The notes: a model not told the origin generated them from the letters alone. A DNA stretch of 64,000 nt from an uncultured Chloroflexia bacterium (GCA_963838115.1 CAWIPU010000002.1:203642-267641), one strand, 5' to 3'; counted from the stretch's first letter, positions 49,011-59,513 are shown. Numbers and translations: made by a program.

Positions 49011-49018
49011 TGGGGTGT

Positions 49019-49537
49019 CTAGCGAGGACGCGACCGATCCCACGTCGCGACCGCCCAGAACGCAGCGACGGCACCGAGCAGCCCGAAGAGCCAGCGGACC
49101 ACGTGCCAAACGAGCCAGGCATCGAGCTCGCTGACCAGTTCTGGGGAAGTGAGGTCGCCGGACCAGATCCGGAAGTTCGCCGGAAGATGGTAGAGCGCGG
49201 TCACCAGACTGGAGAGCACGAGCCCTGCCAGCGCCAGCGCCCAGAGTCGACGCGACACGCGATCGCCTCGTGCGAGCCAGAGCGAGCCGATGACCCCGAC
49301 CAGGGCTGGTCCGAGCATCAGCATCACCGAAGGCAGCAGGAGGATGAAGTTGTCCGTGAACCACTCGGCGTATGCCTGTGGCTCGAGGCCGCGCCAGTAG
49401 ATGCCGAGCGACAGGCCGATGGTGAGGAGGACGCCGACGTACGCGGACGCACCGACGACGGCGAGCAGGCCAAGCGCGAAGCGGGTGCGTGGTCGTTCTG
49501 GCTCGATGGCAGGGCCCACAGGGTTGGCGGTGGTCAT
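49019..49537 (-). CDS. DUF1772 family membrane protein
   Basis: four TM helices; GGAGTA RBS; divergent from the ECF sigma gene. Confidence 0.6.
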   Translation of the reverse strand: MTTANPVGPAIEPERPRTRFALGLLAVVGASAYVGVLLTIGLSLGIYWRGLEPQAYAEWFTDNFILLLPSVMLMLGPALVGVIGSLWLARGDRVSRRLWALALAGLVLSSLVTALYHLPANFRIWSGDLTSPELVSELDAWLVWHVVRWLFGLLGAVAAFWAVATWDRSRPR

Positions 49538-49634
49538 GGTGTACTCCGAGTAGGGTTCATGGTCATCGATGTAGACGATCGATCGAGTCAGAACCGTTCG
49601 CGCCGCGTTGGAAGACCCGCAACGAGGAAACCGA

Positions 49635-50657
49635 ATGGCTGCGGCGGAGCCCATGCAAACGAATGACCTGGCGACCCAGTTCGAGGAGCATCGCGCAGGG
49701 TTGCTCGCGCACTGCTACCGGATGCTGGGTTCGTTCCACGACGCCGAGGATGCGACCCAGGAGGCGCTGCTTCGGGCCTGGCGCAAGCAGGATGGGTTCC
49801 GCGGCGATGCCTCGCTCAAGACCTGGCTCTATCGCATCGCGACCCGTGTTTGCCTAGATCTGGTACGTAGCCGGACGCGGAGGCTGATGCCGACTTCGAT
49901 GGCCAGGCCCGCGATCCCGACGCAACCTCCGAAGGCCCCGGTCACGGAGATCAGCTGGCTCGAGCCCCTCCCGACAGAGGCACTGAGGACGGACCTGGAC
50001 CCGGCTGCCGCCTACTCGCAGACCGAGAGCGTGAAACTCGCCTTCATCGCTGCGCTCCAATCGCTGACACCTGGCCAGCGCGCGGTGCTGATCCTGCGGG
50101 ACGTGCTCGCCTGGAGCACGGCCGAGACCGCGGAAACGCTCGGACTGTCCGAGCCCGCCGCCAGCTCTGCGCTGCATCGCGCGCGGCAGCGGCTCCGGGA
50201 GACCTATCACCCCGCAGGCGTCGACGCGTTCCCGGGATCCGACCCGGAGGATCCCGGCGTCCGCAGGATGCTCGCGGCCTACGTGGACGCCTGGCGGCGC
50301 AGCGATATCGATGGCCTGGTGGAGACGCTGCGAACGGATGTCCGCATCGCGATGCCACCGTCCCCGTCCTGGTATCACGGTCGGGACGACGTGCTCGAGT
50401 TCCTCAGGACGTGGATCTGGTCGCGAGGCGAGTTCCAGCTGCGAGCGGCGTCGTACAACGCCCAGCCTGCCTTCCAGACCTGGCTCGCAGGGCCCGGGCC
50501 TGAGACCCTCTTCGCTATCCAGGTCCTGGTCGTCGGTCGCGATGGCATTTCGGCTATCGACTTCTTCAGTCCGGAGTCGGCAGCCGCGAACACGCATGCC
50601 ATCGGCGCCCAGCCCATGTCGGAACCCCGTGTGCGCGGCGAGGCGAACAGGAACTGA
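49635..50657 (+). CDS. RNA polymerase ECF sigma factor (SigJ-like, C-terminal SnoaL-like extension)
   Basis: region 2 AEDATQEALLRAW / DGFRGDASLKTWLYRIATRVCLD, region 4 QRAVLILRDVLAWSTAETAETLGLSEPAASSALHRAR, ~120 aa C-terminal extension. Confidence 0.8.
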   Translation: MAAAEPMQTNDLATQFEEHRAGLLAHCYRMLGSFHDAEDATQEALLRAWRKQDGFRGDASLKTWLYRIATRVCLDLVRSRTRRLMPTSMARPAIPTQPPKAPVTEISWLEPLPTEALRTDLDPAAAYSQTESVKLAFIAALQSLTPGQRAVLILRDVLAWSTAETAETLGLSEPAASSALHRARQRLRETYHPAGVDAFPGSDPEDPGVRRMLAAYVDAWRRSDIDGLVETLRTDVRIAMPPSPSWYHGRDDVLEFLRTWIWSRGEFQLRAASYNAQPAFQTWLAGPGPETLFAIQVLVVGRDGISAIDFFSPESAAANTHAIGAQPMSEPRVRGEANRN

Positions 50658-50780
50658 GCCAGCGACTGCGTTGACCCGGGCGCTGACCCGGGGTACCCAA
50701 AGGGCACTGACTTGGGCGCCCGGGGACCCCGTAGGCACTCACACGCGCGGCCGAGTTCGCCATTTTGGTCACGCAGGGAA
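50655..50780. repeat. ~120 bp GC-rich structured repeat, copy B (begins at the sigma-factor stop codon)
   Basis: ~95% identical to 54843-54975 over ~105 bp; nested inverted repeats CCCGGGCGC...GCGCCCGGG and palindrome GGGGTACCC. Confidence 0.7.
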
Positions 50781-51016
50781 GGCCGGGCGGATGGCCCTCA
50801 GCCGATCGCTTGCGCTGTCGCGTCCCCGAGGGGCGCTTCGCGGCCTTTATGTCCCCTCGCGCTCGAGTAGGTGCTGCTCCTGCTCGAAGTCACAGTCATA
50901 CCAGAGGCCATCCTGGACGGAGGCGGCAGCGGGCGCTGCCAACGCCGGTCATCTCCGGCGATCACGGACGACCCTGAGCTACTTCCACCAACGGTTTCGG
51001 GCGCTTCGATGTCCGG

Positions 51017-51776
51017 CTAGGTCACGAGCACAGGCTCCAGCGTGGCGACCAGTGCCGGGACGGCGGCGGACGACGACCCCTCCCGGACGCGGCCGTCTCG
51101 CATGCGCACGATACGGTCGCAGGCATCGCCCACTTCCGGGTCGTGCGTGACCAACACGAAGGTCTGCCCTCGCTGGGTATTGAGCCGGCGCAGGATGGCG
51201 AGCACCTCGACTGATCGTTCCGTATCGAGATTGCCGGTCGGCTCATCGGCGAGGACCAGACCCGGTTTGTTGACCAAGGCCCGGGCGATGGCGACGCGCT
51301 GCTGCTCGCCACCCGAGAGCTCGGATGGCCGGTGGCCGGCTCGGTCGGCCAGGCCTACGAGCTCGAGTGCCCGCGAGCGAGTCCTGGCGCGCCGCGCTCA
51401 CCGTCGGTGCCCGGCGTAGTCGCACGCCGAGCATGCACGTTCTCGCAGCGACGTGAGCGTCGGCACGAGGTTGAAGTCCTGGAAGACGAAGCCCATCTCG
51501 CGTGCCCGGATCCGGGTCCGCTCGCGACTCACCAAGTGCGACCATGTCCCGGCCGCCGAACATCAGCTGGGGCCGTGGGCCATCGTCCAGATCGGGCGCG
51601 TGCAGCAGCCCGAGGATGTGCATGAGCGTGGACTTGCCGGAGCCGGATGGCCCGATGATGGCGACCATCTCGCCCGCAGTCGATGGCGACATCCACGCCG
51701 CGCAGCGCCGCGACAAGGTTGTGCTCGGCCCAGCCGATAGGTCTTGCGCAGGTTCGTGACCTTCGAGGAGTGGCAT
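51017..51776 (-). pseudogene. DevA/MacB-like ABC transporter ATP-binding gene with >=3 frameshifts
   Basis: MPLLE / VTNLRKTYRLG (frame 1), [25 protein letters not shown] (frame 2), [53 protein letters not shown]...VTHDPEV (frame 3). Confidence 0.55.
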
Positions 51777-51801
51777 CGTCGGTCCTCTCGATGCGTCGCG
51801 G

Positions 51802-53000
51802 TCATTCGTAGCGAAGCGCCGTGACGGGATCGAGCCGCGCGGCGTGGAGTGCGGGCACGAAGCCGGCGAGGGCGCCCAGGATGGTCGCCGAAGGCGACGG
51901 CGGTGATGGCGGTGCATGAGCGTCAGCTCGAAGAGCACCGTGCCCGACGACGTCCGGCCTCGTTGCGCGAGCACGCACGACCAGCGACGCCCGAGGGCCA
52001 GGCCGATCGACGCCGCCGATGAAGCCGATGAGGGCCGACTCGGTCACGAGCTCGCGCACGATGCGGGAGCGACTGCCGCCGATGGCTCGCTTAATGCCTA
52101 TCTCGCGCGTGCGCTCGGCGATCGACATGGCCATCGTGTTGATGACCGACAGGCCGCCGACGACGAGGCTGATGAGCGCGATACCGACGAGGATGGCGTT
52201 GAGGATGCGAGGTGGCCGAGCCGATCTGCTGGTCGAAGTCCGTGCCGGTCATCGTCGTCACGTTCGGGATCTGCGCTCTCGATGCGCTCGGCGACGCCTC
52301 CGACGTCGACGCCGGGCTCGAGGTAGACGACCATCGACGTGGCCAGGTCGGCTGCCGTGATGGATGGACTGGAACATGGGCGGGAGCGTGTGGACGAACA
52401 GCCGCTGGGCGGCCGCGAAGCGGGACCATCGCTGCCTGGTCGGGTGCGGTCAGGGTTGGCTCGAGGACGCCGACGACCGTAGAAGCGAATCGCCCTTGTA
52501 GCGTGATGGTGTCGCCGACGGGCTTGTCGAACTTGCGCGCGATGTCCGAGCCGAGGACGGTGACGTTGCTGCGCCTCGTCGGCTGCGGTCAGGCCGCGGC
52601 CAGAGGCGTAGCGGAGGGGGAAGGTGTCGAGGCCCTCGGTCCGAGCCGGCGACGGGGCCGGTGATGATCGGCGGCACGCCCATGGTGACCGATGCCGGCC
52701 TGGTCGTCCATGAGCATCATCACCGCGGGCGCGACGGCCGCGACACCGGCGATCTGCCGGACGCAGATCGGCGGTCGCGAGCGACATCGGGCGCGGACGA
52801 GAAGCCGCCCATGCGATCCCGACGCAGGCCCGGAACCTGGGAATCGACCGATGTCCGCGCCCGAGACGCTGGCGCGGGGCTCGCATCCCTTGCGCTCGTG
52901 CCGCATACTTACGGTCGCCATGGCAAAGGCCGCGCAGAAAAGGGCTTGCCCCGGTCGCCGGGGATCGCAGGGGTCCTCCCGGCACGCTTGGCCCTGCCTC
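51802..53000 (-). pseudogene. FtsX/DevC/MacB-like ABC permease, degraded (upstream end approximate)
   Basis: C-terminus MSIAERTREIGIKRAIGGSRSRIVRELVTESALIGFIGG...ILGALAGFVPALHAARLDPVTALRYE with a garbled middle; periplasmic-domain pieces (ITAADLATSMVVYLEPGVDVGGVAERI; ...KGDSLLRSSASS) in other frames. Confidence 0.4.
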
Positions 53001-54845
53001 GTGTTGGTGCTCTCCGTCCTGTTGGCGACCCCTGCCTCCGCGGCTTCGCCCTCGAGTGCGGCCCCCGATGCGACACAAGCCTCGGCTCCACTGATCGACT
53101 TGCCAAGCCCGGACGCTGCCTCGCTCTCGGACACGGTCACCATGCCGGCCGGCGCACGCATCGCCTACGTCGTCGGTGCGGAAGGCGATGAAGCGCGCAT
53201 CCACGTGGTCGCCGCCGACGGATCGGGCGACTCGACAATGGCCGAGGGGACGACACCCCGCTGGTCGCCACTGACGTTCGCCGGCGGAGACGTACTCGCG
53301 TTCGGCTGCATGCCACCGTCCGAGGACGGCCCGCCCAGCTCGATCTGCCTCGATGAACTCGGGTCATGGTGGCACACGACACTCATCGAGGGCGCTTCGC
53401 AACCACGCTGGTCGCCCACAGGCGATGCCATCGCCTTCAGCCGTGCTGGCGGTGGTGCCTGGGTGGCCGACCTCTCCGACTTCCACCCTCGTACCAGCGA
53501 GGAGAACGTCGGGCCCACGACGCAGCTGCCGGGCGGCCGCCCCGAGTGGTCCCCCACCGGCGACCGGCTGCTGGTCGTCGACCGCAGCGAGGTCCCGTCG
53601 CTCTCTACCCTCCGACCCGATGGCACGGACCGGCGGAAGGTGGGCGAAGGAGAGCTCGGGGCGTGGTCGCCGGATGGCCGCCTGGTCGCTGTCGCATCCT
53701 GGGATGGTACGCGCACGACGATCACGGCCACGTCGGTCCTCACGGGCGCTGCGGATGTCCTCGCCACCATCGCGAGCCCGATCGTGGCGATGCGATGGCT
53801 CCCGCGGGATGGGCTGGCCGTGGTCGCCGACCGGTCCGGGTCCGGGACGGGCGACCTCTACGTCATCGAGCTCGACGATGGCTCGGTCCGATCGCTGACC
53901 GCAGGGCTCGCCGTCATTCCCGGCCTGAGCCCTTCGCCCGATGGTGCCTGGCTCGCCTTCGCCGCAGAGGATGAGCAGGGACAGGATGTCTACGTCGCCT
54001 CGCGTGATGGTGGATGGCGGCGCGTGACGACCTCCGGCGATGCCTCGATGCCGGCCTGGGGGACGTTCCGGCCGTCGTTCGAACGAGGTGCCTTCATCCA
54101 ATCCGCGGTCGACCGCCTTCGCGTGCGCTCTCGACCGTGGGTCGGCGAGGACTCCGCCCGATATGAGCCGCTTCTGTCGCAGCGATACGTGCTCAAGGTG
54201 CTCGAAGGACCGGTCGCCGGGTCGGGCTACTGGTGGTACCGCGTCCGGCTGGCAGACTGGGAGGACCTGCAGTTGCGTGATGGCCGGCGCGAGCGGATCC
54301 GCTCGGGGTGGATCGCGGTGGCAGACCGCGACGGGACTGCCTGGGTCGGCCGAGTCGATGTCGATCCCGGTCCGCCCCGCACGCCGATCCGACGAGGCTG
54401 GCCGGCGGTGCGACGAGGCGAGGTCCGTCTGGACGCCAGCCCACCGTCCATCGGAGCAGAACGCACACTCGCGATCGAGGCCACCGTGAGCGGACTTCAG
54501 CCCGGGACTGCCCTCACGCTGGTGGCGGAGGGAGAGTCTCGGATCATCTGGCAGTGCGGTCCCGCGGCGGGCGCGAGTGACGCGACCACGAGGACGGTGA
54601 CCGCCGGATCAGCGCTGGGCTGGTCGGACGTCTCGGTCGGCGCAGACGGGACCGGCACGACGGTCCTGCAGCTCTTGCCTTCGCCGGCCGCCGCGGGCCT
54701 CTGTCCGCCAGGTTCGACAGACAGGATCCCGGTGGCCGCGGACGTCCGCTGGGAGAACCTGCGCGTGCGCGACCCGCTGCACCGGCTGGTCCTATTGCCT
54801 GAGCCGGTCTCGGGCGAGCCGGGTAGAGCGGGTCTGGACGGCTGA
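52920..54845 (+). CDS. secreted TolB-like / WD40-like beta-propeller (PD40) repeat protein
   Basis: signal peptide; PD40-type repeats (PRWSPTGDAIAFS, PEWSPTGDRLLVV, GAWSPDGRLVAV, LSPSPDGAWLAFA); start chosen at MAKAAQKRA. Confidence 0.65.
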   Translation: MAKAAQKRACPGRRGSQGSSRHAWPCLVLVLSVLLATPASAASPSSAAPDATQASAPLIDLPSPDAASLSDTVTMPAGARIAYVVGAEGDEARIHVVAADGSGDSTMAEGTTPRWSPLTFAGGDVLAFGCMPPSEDGPPSSICLDELGSWWHTTLIEGASQPRWSPTGDAIAFSRAGGGAWVADLSDFHPRTSEENVGPTTQLPGGRPEWSPTGDRLLVVDRSEVPSLSTLRPDGTDRRKVGEGELGAWSPDGRLVAVASWDGTRTTITATSVLTGAADVLATIASPIVAMRWLPRDGLAVVADRSGSGTGDLYVIELDDGSVRSLTAGLAVIPGLSPSPDGAWLAFAAEDEQGQDVYVASRDGGWRRVTTSGDASMPAWGTFRPSFERGAFIQSAVDRLRVRSRPWVGEDSARYEPLLSQRYVLKVLEGPVAGSGYWWYRVRLADWEDLQLRDGRRERIRSGWIAVADRDGTAWVGRVDVDPGPPRTPIRRGWPAVRRGEVRLDASPPSIGAERTLAIEATVSGLQPGTALTLVAEGESRIIWQCGPAAGASDATTRTVTAGSALGWSDVSVGADGTGTTVLQLLPSPAAAGLCPPGSTDRIPVAADVRWENLRVRDPLHRLVLLPEPVSGEPGRAGLDG

Positions 54846-54975
54846 GTCAGCGGCGGCGGTGAGGCGGGCGCTGACCCGGGGTACCCCAAGGGCGTTGACG
54901 TGGGCGCCCGGGGACCCCGTAGCGTGTTGCACGCGCGGCCGAGTTTCGCCATTCTGGTCGTGTTGATGCGGAAAC
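54843..54975. repeat. ~120 bp GC-rich structured repeat, copy C (begins at the TolB-like gene stop codon)
   Basis: see copy B; shared start CTGAG(C/T)CAGCG overlaps the stop codon. Confidence 0.7.
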
Positions 54976-54990
54976 CCGGTCGCCCGATGG

Positions 54991-55299
54991 ATGATGGTCG
55001 TGGTGGATGACCTCGAAGCCCTGGCCCGGATGGGCACGGCGCAGCTACCGGCGGTGCTGGTCATCCCGCGCCGCCACTGCCGCGCATGGGGCATCGAGCT
55101 GGAGGGCCGGCCCGTCCCGGGTCGCCCCGTCCCGGGTCGCCCTCTGGTCTGGTGCGAGGCCCACCGCACCGCTGTCGGCGGCCGGCCCGCCGGACGGGTG
55201 TGTCCGGGCTGCGGCGTCCCGCTCGATGGCCGACGCCGTCAGACCGTCGTGTGCAGCGAGCGATGCCGATCGCGCATGAGGCGCAGTCGGATCCGGTAG
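54991..55299 (+). CDS. small zinc-ribbon protein (C-x2-C...C-x3-C) with a GRPVP tandem repeat
   Basis: high GC3; CPGCGVPLDGRRRQTVVCSERCRSRMRR; internal 15-nt tandem repeat encoding GRPVPGRPVPGRP. Confidence 0.4.
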   Translation: MMVVVDDLEALARMGTAQLPAVLVIPRRHCRAWGIELEGRPVPGRPVPGRPLVWCEAHRTAVGGRPAGRVCPGCGVPLDGRRRQTVVCSERCRSRMRRSRIR

Positions 55300-55644
55300 T
55301 GGTCGGGAGCCCCGCGTTCCGGAAATGACGTCTGGACGGTAGGCCCGCCCGTCCCAGCAGGGGGGCCTACCCTGGGGAGAGATGCTGCACGTCCGACCTG
55401 CAGGGGTCAGCCGGGTCGCTACGGACCGCGCTACGGAACCGGCCGTTCCGTGTCCGGATGCCCGACGACGTGGTCGTGCCGAGCCGCCGGCCACCACTCC
55501 GGCGCATCCCGAGGTCGAGCGTAGTACGAGCGGATGGTCGCTCCGTACCGTCGTACGGGGGCCCACCTGACATGGGTCCTGCCATGCTCACGGTACCGAG
55601 CGATCAGATCATCCTCATCGACCCACCGGAAGGAACGCCCCTCC

Positions 55645-56511
55645 ATGCCTGATCGTCGCTCGTCGCTTCGCACTCGATCCCTCGCCGCCTCCATGACGGT
55701 GGTCGTGGCCCTCGCCGGTCTGGCCGTCGCATCCCCGGGGGTCGCGGCAGCAGCCACACCCAAGTGCCTGGGCAAGACGGCCACCGTCGTCGGCACCAAG
55801 AAGTCCGAGGTCATCCGCGGGACCAAGCGCGCCGACGTCATCGTGGCCAAGGGCGGGAACGACACCATCATCGCCGGCGGCGGCAACGACCTCATCTGCG
55901 CCGGTAGCGGAGCCGACGTCGTGCGCGCCGGGGGCGGCCGGGACACGGTGGTCGCCGGGACCGGCGCTGACGTGCTCGTCGGTGCCGCCGGGCCCGACGT
56001 CTTGCGCGGCAACGCCGGGAACGACGTCATCAAGGGCGGCCCCGGTGACGACGCCATCGACGGCGGCCTGGGCTTCGATACCTGCGATCAGGGCCTTGGT
56101 AGCGGCACTATGGTCAACTGCGAGAAGCTCGAGGCGCCGGTCGACCCGCCCGATCCCCCTGCGCCCGTCGCGCGGGCCGATCTGTCGGTGGCCGTAGTGG
56201 GGCCCAAGAAGGCCAGGTCCGGCCCGCTGACCTTCACGGTCCGGGTCAGGAACCTGGGGCCTGATGCGAGCGGCTACGTGCTGGACCTGGCCTACAGCAG
56301 CCGGCGCGCGACATGCACGGCGCCCGACTGGACGGGCAAGCAGACGGAGAGCTCCCTGGGTGCCGGGACGAGCCGCGCGGACGACTACGTCGTCACCTGT
56401 ACGAAGCGACGGAACGGCGCTTCGGTCACGGTGAAGGCCACCGTCGCCGCGAGCATCGCCGATCCGAATACCGCGAACGACGCGGCCTCGGCACGCACTG
56501 GACTGCGCTGA
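55645..56511 (+). CDS. secreted calcium-binding (hemolysin-type repeat) protein with DUF11-like C-terminal domain
   Basis: signal peptide; tandem GGNDTIIAGGGNDLICAGSGADVVRAGGGRDTVVAGTGADVL repeats; C-terminal LSVAVVGPKKARSGPLTFTVRVRNLGPDAS. Confidence 0.65.
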   Translation: MPDRRSSLRTRSLAASMTVVVALAGLAVASPGVAAAATPKCLGKTATVVGTKKSEVIRGTKRADVIVAKGGNDTIIAGGGNDLICAGSGADVVRAGGGRDTVVAGTGADVLVGAAGPDVLRGNAGNDVIKGGPGDDAIDGGLGFDTCDQGLGSGTMVNCEKLEAPVDPPDPPAPVARADLSVAVVGPKKARSGPLTFTVRVRNLGPDASGYVLDLAYSSRRATCTAPDWTGKQTESSLGAGTSRADDYVVTCTKRRNGASVTVKATVAASIADPNTANDAASARTGLR

Positions 56512-57045
56512 GTCCGCGGACCTGAGCCCATATCGGCCCACGGGCGCGAGAGGGCGCCCGTGTGTGGCCGGCTGCACGAGGCCGAGCCGAGCGGCCCGCT
56601 GATCGTAAGGCGGTCGCCCGGCAGGCCACCGACCATCGTGTCGACGCTGAGCAACACCGCGGCGAGTGCGGCGTCGATGCGCCGCTCGCGCTGGGAGCAG
56701 TCGGGTTCGGCGCCCATCACCTCGAGCTCGTCGACCGAGACCTGGTCACCCGTGGGTGAACGGCAGCAGGCGCTCGTGGCAGGCCGTGACGGGCGTGATG
56801 TGGCCCTCGCTGCGGAACTGCACCGTGGGAGCCTCGAGGCGCTCGCTAGTCGTGAAGCCGGGCACGCTCACGACCGTCCAGGGGCGGCAACCTCCGCCCG
56901 TGCGTGCTACGGGTCGAGTCGCCAGAGCTCCCGGCGCTGGAGCGCGCGGAGTGACGTCGTGCTGCGCCCTGGAGGGTGGGCCCTCAGGGAGCCGATGAGA
57001 TGCTCGTGACCGTTTCCCACGTGGCGATCGATTGGCCCTCGGCGA

Positions 57046-57426
57046 TCAGGGAACGACGGCGATAGCCTCGATCGAGAAGAGCAGGTCTCTCGGCAGCCCG
57101 ACGATCGGCGTCGAGCGTGCTGGTGGATCCTTCGGGAAGTACTCGGCATAGAGCCGACCAGCGGTCATGACATCCCCGACGTGTGTGACGAATGTCGTCG
57201 TCTTGACCACATGCTCGAGCCCGCTGCCCGCGATCTCGAGAACTGCCTTCAGGTTCGCGAAGGCCTGGCGCACTTCTGCCTCGAAGCCGCCCTCGGCCGC
57301 TTCGCCTGTCGCAGGGTCGATACCTGGCTGGCCGGCCACGAACAGGAAATCACCGGCCCGGACGACCTGCGAGTACGCTCCTATGGCCTTCGGCAGGGCC
57401 GGATCCGTGATCGGTGCATGGTCCAT
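57046..57426 (-). CDS. RidA family protein (YjgF/TdcF/L-PSP)
   Basis: AIGAYSQVVRAGDFLFVAGQ...VKTTTFVTHVGDVMTAGRLYAEYF...PARSTPIVGLPRDLLFSIEAIAV. Confidence 0.8.
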   Translation of the reverse strand: MDHAPITDPALPKAIGAYSQVVRAGDFLFVAGQPGIDPATGEAAEGGFEAEVRQAFANLKAVLEIAGSGLEHVVKTTTFVTHVGDVMTAGRLYAEYFPKDPPARSTPIVGLPRDLLFSIEAIAVVP

Positions 57427-58245
57427 GGGTCACATCCTTCCTGTGCTGTGGCTCGCTCTGGCTGCTGCGCAGGCAGTCTGCGCGGTCGGAGGGCAGGCGT
57501 CGAGACGGATCCGAGCGAATGGACGGCCCGACCCGGGCGAGGACGACCAAGGAGACGCGAAACTCGAAGGGCCGGGGCGACCGATGCCGGAGGGGAGCAC
57601 GGCACCGGCCGCCCGGGTGGGGAGAAGCGAACGTCAGGCGGCGGCCGCGATCTCGGACTCGTCGGGCATGCCAACGACCTCGTCAGCCTCGTCATAGTCA
57701 TCCGGGCCGGCCGGGTCCATGCCCATGACTTCGGCCTGGGTCTCCAGCGCCTGGCCCGCGGTTTCCGCGGCGTAATCCATCTTACGGCGGCCGCAGAGCC
57801 TCTCGGCCGAGCTGGCCACGATCTCCGTGGCGGCTGATGGCCAACCAGCGGCCCACGCGGCGGCAGCTCGAGGTCCTGCGGGCATAGATCGGGCCGGCTC
57901 CGTCGCGGCTGCGGCGCATGAGCTCGGCACCCACCTTGGCCGGTGATGGCCAGAGAGGTCGGGAGCTATGGCAAGCTAGGCATCCACTAGTAGTCCTCGA
58001 AGGTCTGAGCGAAGGGAGAGCCACGGGTGCCAGGTGCGACGACAGCGGCGCCAGCCGACGTGGATTGGACGGTCACCGTCACCGAACCGCTTCCCGATTG
58101 CCCGAGTGTCGAGGCGTGCTGGGAGAAGCTCGCGACCCAGACGACCTGGGGCGAATGGAGGTCTCCGAGCAAGCTGCGGGGCGCTGACGTCATCACCACG
58201 ATCGTCCCCCCAGCGACGGAACCCCTCAAGGGGGCTGCGGCCGGG

Positions 58246-58662
58246 TCAGGCCGTCGCGGCCAGTCGATCCCATGCCCAGATCACCAGAACGAGGTTGATC
58301 ACCATCGCAGCCACGTAGAGGGGATGGAAGAAGAGTACGACGGCGATGAGACCGAGCGCTCCACCCAACAGCGCGAACAAGGCCCACACATCCTGGACAA
58401 CGGGGACGTCGAGGTAGCCCAAGCCGGCTGCGATGATGAGAACCCCGGAGGCGACCCACAGGAGACCGCCCAGGACCGTCCAAGCGGTTCCCAGATCGAG
58501 TGCGTCCAAGAGCCAGGAGCGCCCGAACGGCCCAGGCCACCAATCGAACCAGGACGGAAGCCGCATGCTGGGGCTGTCGGGTGAGGTGACGCCGCCGACT
58601 CCGATCATGGTCGTGATGATCCCGTGGACGATGATGAAGCCTCCGACGACGAGATGGAGCAT
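58246..58662 (-). CDS. hypothetical membrane protein (4 TM)
   Basis: AAGGAGGA RBS 6 nt upstream of MLHLVVGGFIIVHG; four hydrophobic helices. Confidence 0.55.
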   Translation of the reverse strand: MLHLVVGGFIIVHGIITTMIGVGGVTSPDSPSMRLPSWFDWWPGPFGRSWLLDALDLGTAWTVLGGLLWVASGVLIIAAGLGYLDVPVVQDVWALFALLGGALGLIAVVLFFHPLYVAAMVINLVLVIWAWDRLAATA

Positions 58663-58727
58663 CTCTTCCTCCTTGTTTCGCCTCACCTGGTGGACTCGGC
58701 GCAGGCCCAGGTTGCTGGCTCGGCCTC

Positions 58728-59513
58728 CTATGCGGGTCGATCGGGCCGCAGTTCGGATGGGAGTGCTCGGTCCTCGACCCAAGCTCGCACCATGGCGACG
58801 TGGATATCGGGCGCCACACCCAACCACCCGTGTCCGGCCGACGGCATCATCAGACTCGCGGCATTGGGCATGAGCTCAGCCAGCTGCCGGTTGGACCGCC
58901 GGACATGTGCCAGCTCCTTCTCCCCGGCCACCAGCAGGGTCGGGACCGCCACATGAGCCAGTGCGTCGCCGATCCGCACCTCCTGCGCATCGGAGAAGGC
59001 GCGACGGAACGAACGTGTATCGGCCTGACCGAGCTGCTCGACCAGATCAGCCGTGTCGGTCGGATCCGTGATGCCCAGGCCCCGCGCCACGAGCTTGCCG
59101 ACGAAGGGGCGCCGGATGAACGGGGAGACCAGACTCACCCCGAGCTTCATGAACGGTGCGAGCGGTGAACCTACAGCTGCACACCCGTCGACGACGCAGT
59201 GGTCAAGGAGAGCGGACCGCTGCTCCAACAGCTCGAGGGCGATGGAACCGCCGAGGGAAAGTCCCACGACGTGGGCTCGGCCTGCGGGCAGGCGCTCGAT
59301 GATCCGACCGACCAGGTCGGCCGTCTCGGCCCGACCCGACCAGCGCATCGCGGAACTACGTCCATGTCCGGGTAGATCGGGCGCCAGGCAGTGGTACGTC
59401 GGCAATGCATCCATGTGGCGCTGCCACATGGCACCGGTGTTTCCGACCCCATGGAGGAAGACGATGCTGACCGCATCGGGTGGTCCGGATTCACGAAGCC
59501 AGAGGCCCTCCAT
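58728..59513 (-). CDS. alpha/beta hydrolase
   Basis: IVFLHGVGNTGAMW, nucleophile elbow GLSLGGSIA, C-terminal SAGHGWL. Confidence 0.75.
   Translation of the reverse strand: MEGLWLRESGPPDAVSIVFLHGVGNTGAMWQRHMDALPTYHCLAPDLPGHGRSSAMRWSGRAETADLVGRIIERLPAGRAHVVGLSLGGSIALELLEQRSALLDHCVVDGCAAVGSPLAPFMKLGVSLVSPFIRRPFVGKLVARGLGITDPTDTADLVEQLGQADTRSFRRAFSDAQEVRIGDALAHVAVPTLLVAGEKELAHVRRSNRQLAELMPNAASLMMPSAGHGWLGVAPDIHVAMVRAWVEDRALPSELRPDRPA

Noticed and set aside
52098-53204. 368-aa - strand ORF as an intact permease
   Set aside because: Mostly Arg/Gly-rich; only short windows resemble FtsX periplasmic domain; treated as part of the decayed permease
55615-56577. 320-aa ORF on - strand
   Set aside because: Antisense to the calcium-binding repeat protein; composition junk
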